Part shown: piece after piece, positions 26,996 through 36,253 of the stretch
Layout: every line of letters starts with the position of its first letter
How positions within the stretch are numbered: position 1 is the stretch's first letter
From: Antedon mediterranea
Lineage: Eukaryota; Animalia; Echinodermata
DNA: 64,000 nucleotides
Reading direction: 5' to 3'
Assembly (NCBI RefSeq): GCF_964355755.1
Contig: NC_092671.1
Location: 23,138,070-23,202,069, forward strand
Made by a program: the position numbers and the translations under genes
Notes under the pieces: model-generated
Database searches by the model: none
Seen by the model: the letters and a program-made list of their open reading frames with translations, nothing else
Told to the model about the DNA's origin: nothing

Positions 26996-29959
26996 CATTC
27001 TCACAAACAACAACACAGAGTTAATGCTACCATTCCTTCTTGGCATTCCAGACGACCAGGGAAGCTATTGAAATCTACAAACACAACACCAATCATCAAG
27101 ATTTTGGATTTGTTATTAGTGACATTTGGCTATCTTTATTCAACAAGAATCTTCATCGACAGTAAACCATGCCATAGTTTCTGGGCAGTTTATATTTCAC
27201 AACCCTGTCTGGACACGTCATGGTCTATGTTTGGCCAGTCCACACCCAACTTTGAGACAATGCTATTGTTTTTAGCTTGTCTCACCTTGCTTTTCACACC
27301 TAACCCTATTCAACCTTGTTTTTGTAGTTGAGCCTCTCATGACCTGGGATTTGTTTGTCTTCCTACGCCAAGATAATATAGTTCTACATGCCATGTGCTT
27401 TTTTCTCTGAGAAATATTTATTATAAGTGCCAAAAAAACGGTTTTTTCTCTATATGAAGCCTTTATTATTTAAATCTTTTAGAGAAAAATCACACATACC
27501 ATAAAGCAGGTCCATTTATTTCATTTTTTAAATAAAATTGTGAAAATTACGTGAGGCTCAACTACAAAACCACCATTTGTGATATGATGTCATCGTAAGC
27601 CAATCAAAGCTGAGATTTCCCGCGATCGGCAGAGCTCACGGTTGAATGATTTTGGATCCTGGCTATTTGATTGGTGGACGCGAATCACCCACAGCGGAAT
27701 GTTTTCTCTCACATGGTCTGTCTGTACTGATGTTACTACACAAATTTAGAGCAATGAATTTGTACGAATTCCGTTAAATAAACAACTTTATATATTTTGT
27801 AAACATTTAATAACATATTTTATTGATATTTCCAATGTTGATATATAAAATAAATTACTATAAAACGTAATTATTTGTAATTATTTTAGCGAAAAACGGT
27901 GTGGTTCATACAATTGACGACTGAGGGCGCAATTTGTTTACAACGTTCGTGGCCAAAAACGATCATTTTCGGAGATGTTTTAGACCTTATATTTCGAAAA
28001 CTACAAGTCAGATTTTCGTAATTCTTTCTTTATTGGAATATTGAAATAAAATACTAACATATAATGTTTAAATTGGTTGAAAAATAACAACTTTTAATTT
28101 TGCATCGTTATCCCTATTAAAATCCGTTTCACGAGGAACATGTAAAAAATATTTTATTATCGCCATAATATGACCATAACAGCGTCCTCTATATATTGAT
28201 GCCCTATGAGGCCTCCGTACTTTCATCGGCAGGCCTAGCGATGATTTTCACGAAGCTAAGCTGGCGATGGATTTCTGAAAGGTGCTCAATTATTAATTGA
28301 TTAAAAATAGTTATAAATAAGAAATTATCGATATTTTACCATTTTATGCTTGCTGAATGTTGTAGACAACTCGTGAGTAGGTTAGATGAAGTATTGAAAC
28401 CATTTTGAGTAATTTTAAGGGGTGGGTACGAAACTGCATTAGCGCCGCCTACTCATTGAGTAATGGCCTAGCTAGGCCTAGGCTAGGCTAGTAGGCCTAG
28501 GCTAGACGACAAATAAAGTTCTAGTTAGTAGTAGGTAAAAGCTACTGCTACTACTACTAGGTAGACTCGGCCTAAAAGTACTACTAGGCCTATAACTACC
28601 TTTTTATACACAGTAAACAAACTGCTTCAGTTGTGTGTGTCTCTCTGGGTCATGATGGGCAGCAATCCAATGGCAGAAACACATGGGTGACTACTTCTTC
28701 GGTGACTAGGCCTAGACTACAAAGAATATCACAAGAATGAATATTCCGCGATTTTTGCAATTGCATTGCTGCAGACTGTCCGCCATGCGGTATGTCTACT
28801 AGAGGGAGTTTGTGTCCGCCAACCGGTACCTTGTCAAATTGCCCGACGATTCCATTTTACAGTGGGTAATTACTGTAACCAGTACAATAGCCCGGCGATT
28901 CCATTTTACAGTGGGTAATTATTGAATCTACAGTGTGGTAGACCGTCAATTATTCGTATTGTTATCACTTATACTGGTATTTGATATACTGTGTGTAGTT
29001 TCTTGTTCTTTTTAATTAATAAATGACCTTTTACAATTGTCTATAGTGATATTGACGAATTAGAAAATATTGGCAACAGAGGGCGCTATTTTTACATTTA
29101 TAACAGAGCCATATAGTATTTGAGGTATAGGTGTCACTTTTTGCAGAATTTACTTCATCTATTTTTTCTAGGGTAATTTTGGCTGTAGAATACGAATATG
29201 AATGTTGATCGCGACGGGGAGGGGGAGTTTTTGAGATATGAAGGGTAAAAGGTCAAATTAGGTCAAATAAGTCATTTTATGAAGAGGAAAACGTTTAAAT
29301 ACCGTTTAGATATGTTAAATGCAACAGAATTTTGTTGTTTAGTTGATATAGTCCAAATAAACATCATATCCAAAGTTTACCGAAATCGGACATCGGGAAG
29401 TGGGTTAATTAACATAAATTCAAAATGGCCGCCATTTACCATTTGAAGTTCCAGTATCTCCTCAACGGTTGGTTTTAGACCACCTAAGTGCATTACGAGT
29501 AGATATAAATGTGACATTAAACTTCCAAATTACCACATTTAAATTACCATATGACGTAACTATGACGTCATATGGTAGTTGTGACGTCATATATTTATGT
29601 TCTTATAACTGCTTAAATGACATTATCCTATCCTAAAATAAATGTAGAAACCGCAGGAAATTTTCTAACATTTTCCTGTTGAAATGAACATGATATCCAA
29701 AGTCACACATCAAAAAGAAGGTTAATTATCATAAATTCAGAATAGCCGCTATATAAATGTGGTATTAAACTTTCAAATTAGTATTTAAATTACCATATAA
29801 TGTACATATGACGTCATAAGATAGTTATATAAAATAATGCACAATTAGCATATTCTAAGGAAAAAATATGTTTTAAATCTCCATGAAAATAGTAAAACAT
29901 CCAGGCTAAGGTCATCAACTGTGTATCAAAAGTTTACTATTTCCGCCACCCTTCACCTT

Positions 29960-32890
29960 CTGATTCCATTGACCTTAATAATTGTTCGATTAATTTAATT
30001 TTAATTCAACATGATTACAAAAACATATACTGTATGCTACACATCGATACCAAGATCGTACTAATTAGATGTTTGATTCTTGGGTTATTGGTATTAATGC
30101 TACCCCCTACCCCAAAAATGTCTTTTTATTGTAATTTTGAAGAATAACAAAATTACATGACAATTGATATTAATGCAGTGCAATTTTTTTCATGTTAACA
30201 CACATTTTGTTATTCAATGTCAGTAAACACAAGTAAAACACAATTAAAATGAAAAGTATTTAAAAAATTGGAGATTTGATATTGAAATGTATCTCATTAT
30301 GGCAAATATTTGCAATTTTGCAAAAGGTCAGTGACCTTTTTGACCTCTACTGACCTTAAACATGGTTAATTTTATTAAAATTCTATATGGTTAAAAAACA
30401 CGAATGCTACACAACGACACCAAGATCATACTAATTAGATGTTTGATTCTTGGGTTATTGCTATTAATGTTACACCCTACCCCAAAAAAATGTATTTTTA
30501 TTACAATTTTTAAGAATAAAAAATGATAATTTGTGTATAATGAACTGCAATTTTAATCTTGTTAACATATATTTTCTTATTCAATATGTCAGTAAGCACA
30601 AGTAAAACACAATTAAGATAAAACATATTGAAAATTATAGATACTATGTTGAAATTTATCTATATTTTGGCAAAAATGTGCATTTTTGTAAAAGGTCAAT
30701 GACCTTTTGATCTCTACTGACCCTACTAATAGTCCGATTAATTTTATTTAAATTTTATAAGATTTTAAAAGATGTATGCTACACAATGGTACCAAGATAA
30801 TACTAATTAGGTGTTGGATTCTTGGGTTATTGGGATAATTGTTACCCCCTACCCCAAAAATGTCTTTTTATTGTAATTTTGAAGAATAACAAAATTACTG
30901 ACAATTGGCATTAATGCAGTGCAATTTTTTTCATGTTAACACATATTTTGTTATTCAATATGTCACTAAACACAAGTAAAACACAATTAAAATGAAAAGT
31001 ATTGAAAAAATTGGAGATTTGATATTGAAATGTATCTCATTATAGCAAATATTTGCAATTTTGCAAAAGGTCAGTGACCTTTTTAATAATAAATAATAAA
31101 TGAAGACTTATATAGCGCCGGTATCCTCCACCCATGTGGCGCTCATGGCGCTTTGTGCATTAACAACGTGCGAGAACATCAGCGAATAGCGACGTCTATA
31201 GGTTGGTCTTGAAACTGTTTAGACTAGTTGAGCATTTAACTGTTGCTGGTAAGCTGTTCCATACACTTGCGGCCGCAACGTAAAAAGATCTCTGACCCCA
31301 CTGATTTTTCGCTCTACGCTCTTGAAGAAGGTTTTGTGACAATGATCGTAGGCCTCTGCGGGATGATTCGTAACGATCCACAAGGTCAGATAAATAAGCA
31401 GGAGCACTGTCATTTAGGATCTTGAATACAAACAACGCAAGTTTGTACTTAATACGTTGTTGAACAGGCAACCAATGCAAATCCATCAGGACAGGAGTTA
31501 TGTGAGCGTTTGATTTTGTATAAGTTACAATTCTAGCTGCCATATTTTGCAAGCGCTGCAAACGTTGTATTTGAGATTTTGGTATGCCAAACAACAAGGC
31601 ATTACCAATGTCAATTTTAGAAGTGACAAATGAGTGTACAATCAATTCAGCTGTTTTCTTGTTAAGATTACCGCGAATACGACCAAGGTTCCTAATCGAT
31701 ATGCATGCTGCTTTGGATACAGTTGTTATTTGTGCTTCCATAGTGAGATTACTATCCAGCATGATTCCCAGATTCCGGACCACCGATAAGGGAGCGATGT
31801 TAGAGTTTCCGATTCTGATATGTGTGATGTTGATTTTGGAGATGTTACATTTAGACCCGACGATAATAAACTCTGTCTTTCCATCATTCAACTTTAGGTA
31901 ATTTGTTGTCATCCAATTGCGAACATCTTCTATACAGGCTTCCATCTTACTGATTGCTGCAGCAACATCCCTTTGCACTGGATTTACTGACACATAAATC
32001 TGTGTATCATCTGCATAGAAATGGAAATGTAGACTGTGTTTGCGAATAATGTCACCAAGGGGAAGCGTATAAATGGAAAACTGGCCAGGCCCAATTACTG
32101 ACCCCTGTGGTACACCATATTCCAGGCAAGCTTCATCTGAGAATGCATCATTGATACAGACTAGCTGACGTCTTCCTGTAAGATATGACTGGAACCAGTT
32201 AAGAGCAACACCATTTATGCCAATGCGATTTCTCAGACGGGTTATCAGTCTTTGGTGATCAACTGTATCAAACGCTGCTGACAAATCCAACAACACCAAT
32301 AGCGTTATTTTCCCATCATTCATTCATTTTCCCATCATTATCTCATCATTCATTTTTGACCTCTACTGACCTTAAAAATGGTTCAATTAATTTTATTAAA
32401 ATTCTATATGATTAAAAAACACGAATGCTACACAACGACACCAAGATCATACTAATTAGATGTTTGATTCTTGGGTTATTGCTATTAATGTTACACCCTA
32501 CCCCAAAAAATGTATTTTTATTGCAATTTTTAAGAATAAAAAATGATAATTTGTGTATAATGAACTGCAATTTTAATCTTGTTAACATATATTTTCTTAT
32601 TCAATATGTCAGTAAGCACAAGTAAAACACAATTAAGATAAAACATATTGAAAATTATAGATACTATGTTGAAATTTATCTATATTTTGGCAAAAATGTG
32701 CATTTTTGTAAAAGGTCAATGACTTTTTGACCTCTACTGACCCTACTAATAGTCCGATTAATTTTATTTAAATTTTATAAGATTTTAAAAGATGTATGCT
32801 ACACAATGTTACTAAGATAATACTAATTAGATGTTGGATTCTTGGGTTATTAGGATAAATGTTACCCCCTACCCCAAAAAATTTTTGAAG
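29960..32890. repeat. Tandem repeat of about 370 bp in an alternating A/B arrangement, interrupted by a LINE
   Basis: Anchor ATGCTACACA...CCAAGAT recurs at about 30035, 30404, 30776, 32425 and 32796. Alternate units are more similar to each other than adjacent ones. Confidence 0.85.
31083..32352 (-). mobile_element. 5'-truncated L2-clade LINE
   Basis: Uninterrupted 375-aa ORF 31196-32323 (LDLSAAFDTVDH, GVPQGSVIGP, YADDTQIY, LHWLPV). L2-type 3' end with TTA-rich tail near 31085. Confidence 0.9.
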
Positions 32891-33140
32891 ATAAAACACT
32901 GATGATCATTACAAATGACGCAAGTACATACAATGCATCCCTATATTTTTCTTGTTAACATCGATTTTTTCACTCTATATGTCCGTGGGAAGAAAATGAT
33001 ACCAAAGAAGTTTAACTGTGGGGGAGGGGGAGTGCACGGTAACCCCCCTCCAGCCCATGGACTAATTGTTTTTACATTTTGTTGTTTAAAATACATAAGT
33101 AGTATTAGAGGTACTTCAGACAGAAAATGACCTTGGTGTA

Positions 33141-33545
33141 TTTCCTGATTACGTAATAGTTATGTAACTTCCGCCAGGTGTTTCTAATGAAGGTCGTTCT
33201 TTTCCTGATTACGTAATAGTTATGTAACTTCCGCCAGGTGTTTCTAATGAAGGTCGTTCTTTTCCTGTTATTGTAATAGTTATGTAATTTCCGCCAGGTG
33301 TTTCTAATGAAGGTCGTTCTTTTCCTGTTATTGTATTAGTTATTTAATTTCCGCCAGATGTTTCTAATGAAGGTCGTTCTTTTCCTGTTATTGTAATAAT
33401 TATATAATTTCCGCCAGGTGTTTCTAATGAAAGTCGTTCTTTTCCTGTTATTGTAATAATTATATAATTTCCGCCAGGTGTTTCTAATGAAGGTCGTTCT
33501 TTTCCTGGTTTCGTACTAGTTATGTAATTTCCGCCAGGTGTTTCT
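33141..33545. repeat. 60-bp subterminal tandem array (about 6.7 copies)
   Basis: Unit TTTCCTGATTACGTAATAGTTATGTAACTTCCGCCAGGTGTTTCTAATGAAGGTCGTTCT repeats with an exact 60-bp period. One inverted copy lies in the right TIR. Confidence 0.95.
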
Positions 33546-33714
33546 TTGTCTCTTATTTATTAATTTTTGGCGCGATGTTCTGGTACGTGGTGAGTGACGT
33601 CATTACTTTATTTATGATTTAAGACGGTGAAACAAAGTGAAGCGGTTATTGTTGTACTATTCTCCAGTTGTTTTGTCTATTTTTGCGTAGAGTATCTCTT
33701 TACAGTATTTCATT

Positions 33715-34263
33715 ATGTCTGGAAGTATATATCTTTCGCAAGGGAGTTGTGTAGATATAATAATTAGCGATGATGAGGAGACTGTTGTTGTTCCAGGCAG
33801 TGATATAGATGATCGTTACATGGAGGCCGAAGAGGTTATCCCCGCCGGTATAGATGAAGGAGTCGAGAGGAGTAACAGGCCTACAAGTTGTATATTTACG
33901 TACGTGGACGAGGTGGAGAGAGAATTTTTGTTGAAAATGGAGCGTTTGGTTAAACAATTGTTTGCTGCTCAAGTGTTAGCCAAGTGTTGGGTTTTAAGTA
34001 AAGCGGCTTGTTATGGTTGTGAATTTGACAGGAGCAGTCAAAAAGATCATGATTTCTGTTGTATGAAGTCTCTAGAAGAACAGATTGACTATTTTTATCG
34101 GGAGGTTCTGGATAAGAAGTATGTTTCACCCGATACCGTTTACAACGCACTAAATATGCACGGAGAATATTCATTGCCTCGGTATAGACATTTCGTTTAT
34201 TTTCTTGTCAATACCCTGATTAATTCAGAGACTATTTTTAAGCTGTTGTGCGAGGATATTTAA
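33715..34263 (+). CDS. 182-aa hypothetical protein with acidic N-terminus and CxGC-x5-SQ-x2-H-x2-C putative Zn-binding motif
   Basis: Intact ATG-to-TAA ORF with coding-like composition in an AT-rich background. Motif CYGCEFDRSSQKDHDFCC. It lies inside the Polinton-like element, co-oriented with the next gene. Confidence 0.7.
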   Translation: MSGSIYLSQGSCVDIIISDDEETVVVPGSDIDDRYMEAEEVIPAGIDEGVERSNRPTSCIFTYVDEVEREFLLKMERLVKQLFAAQVLAKCWVLSKAACYGCEFDRSSQKDHDFCCMKSLEEQIDYFYREVLDKKYVSPDTVYNALNMHGEYSLPRYRHFVYFLVNTLINSETIFKLLCEDI

Positions 34264-34423
34264 ATTGTGTTTCGCACGTGTCACGGAAACGATTGACCGG
34301 AAATAACAATCATTATCTTTTTAATTACTGTACTGGGGCTACTTCCCTACTGAGCTGCATATATATCCTGATTCAAGCGTAATCGTTCGTTTCACTCTCT
34401 GTAACTCTCTACAGTCTATAAAC

Positions 34424-36253
34424 ATGAGTTTCAACTGTTTACCTACTCCGAAATTAGCAATTGGTGAGAAAGCCCGTAGGACTATAAAAAGAGTTATGGG
34501 GAGTTCTAATGGTCAAGCTGACGAGTGTAGCTATTTAAAATTACCAACGATGGCTTCTACATCAGCGAATATAATGGATTCTATAAAATCTTTTAACGGT
34601 CAAACAGATGAATGTAAAGGTTTGAGTAAAGCCTCAGGAATGAGCGCCCGAGATTTTGCCGTAATGACCGATGGTGTACCAAAGATTTCCATAACTTCAA
34701 AAAATCGGATTTTCTTGTCTGAAAAACGCCATGTAGTGGCCCAACGATGGGGTGACGATGTTTATGTTTGTCTCAGAGAGTATTACCAAACGGAAAAATA
34801 TGGTGCCTTCAAACCTGGACCTCTAGGTATTAATTTACCCGTTCTGCTGTGGCAAAAACTTTTCAACAATATTGATTTAATTATTCAGGCACTGGAAGAC
34901 TTAGAAAGAGACATTAACATGGTGGAGGCAGTAAGAATCCCACTTTCGGACATAATTCATGTGATAGTTAGTATCTGGAAAGAAGAACAATTTGTGTGTA
35001 TTCACCGCTATTACCAGTCAGAAGAAGGAGGCAAGTTTAAACCCGGTAAAAAAGGTGTAAACCTTCCAAAGAGTCAGTGGTTCAAGATAATTGAAAAACA
35101 CGGTGAAATACAAAAGATGATTGAGGAGGTTGGTAATGATAATGCGGCTACTGTTGACAAAAGCGATAATGGAGGACGTTTATTCAATTCAGAACATCAA
35201 TTGCTACCCCCTGATAAGTTATCGGTGCAAAAGATAATAGGGGAAAATTTAGACTGTGATTACCTTCAACTTCTTGATAAAGGAGCAGCCGATACATTGT
35301 TTAAAAAATGTGAGGAAGAGATTGACTATTTTACCGGAGATCTTGCAAAGGTGAAAGTGTACGGAAAGTGGTTTAATATTCCTAGAAAACAGGTTAGTTC
35401 CATTATGTTTTTATCCGTGGTTTTGTATTAATGACTTGTTAATTACTTGTATATCGTTTCCTTTGTTTTTTCCATAATTTACCGCTGTGTAGCTATAGGT
35501 GTTATTTACTCTTTTTCTGTAAATTATTTTATTTGGGCGTGTTCATTTACATCTCGTCAAATAATAAATGACTTTCTTTGTATGGTTTCCCCCTCTGCAG
35601 GTTTCGTTCGGCGATTCAGGCTTAACTTACAAATATTCAGGCAATACAGTACCAGCTTTACCGTGGCCACCATTCCTGAAAGATCTCCGCGATCTTTTAA
35701 AATCGGTTACAGGACATTACTTCAATTTTGTTTTGGTCAACCGGTAAATATTCTTGTTTATTATTTTATTTATTTATTTTATTTATTGATTAAAAGGGTC
35801 CATCGTTTACCTCTAAAACGAATGAACACTATCAGTATTCATACTGGATGATTTCTGCAATTTGCTAGATAAGATTGTTTTAATGGATAATTGGGTTTTT
35901 TTAGTCTCATCTTAAAATATCTTATTTTCTATTGTATTTTGTCGTTACTCTATAGATATGCTACTGGAAGTGATTACATTGGCGAACACAAAGATGATGA
36001 GAAAGACATGGATCAGTTTAGTCCAATCGCCTCTGTATCATTGGGGCAAACACGTATGTTTAGATTTCGACATGGTGATGCGCGAGGTAAGAGTCCCAAA
36101 AGAATCATTGAGCCAGTAACTGTTGATCTTAAACACGGTACATTATTAATGATGAATTATCCCACTAATGAGTACTGGTACCATTCACTGCCTAAAAATC
36201 AATCCATCAAGCTACCAAGAATAAATCTCACGTTTAGAGATATTAAAAGATGA
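34424..36253 (+). CDS. ALKBH2: Tandem PC4-like ssDNA-binding domains fused to an ALKBH2-like Fe(II)/2-oxoglutarate DNA demethylase (469 aa, 3 exons)
   Basis: Exons 34424-35392, 35601-35743 and 35956-36253 have GT-AG boundaries and join in frame (1410 nt). Two PC4 signatures: LREYY..FKPGPLGINL...W and IHRYY..FKPGKKGVNL..QW. ALKBH2 signatures: YFTGDLAKVKVYGKW..IPRKQ, GDSGLTYKYSG, FNFVLVNRY, GEHKDDE, WYHSLP and RINLTFR. The symbol refers to the C-terminal domain; this is probably not the host orthologue. Confidence 0.9.

Noticed and set aside
26995-28120. Possible Kolobok-like element ending at CCCTATTAA near 28119
   Set aside because: No matching opposite TIR or convincing coding motif was found.
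33141-33545. CRISPR-like array of constant and variable blocks
   Set aside because: The variable blocks are point variants of each other rather than unique spacers, there are no cas genes, and the context is eukaryotic. It is a tandem repeat.
34424-35431. 335-aa ORF as a standalone gene
   Set aside because: ALKBH2 similarity stops exactly at the GT donor at 35393 and resumes after the AG at 35600. The last 12 codons are intron read-through.
35447-35851. 134-aa ORF between the PC4 and AlkB ORFs
   Set aside because: It is mostly intron and reads the real exon 35601-35743 in the wrong frame.
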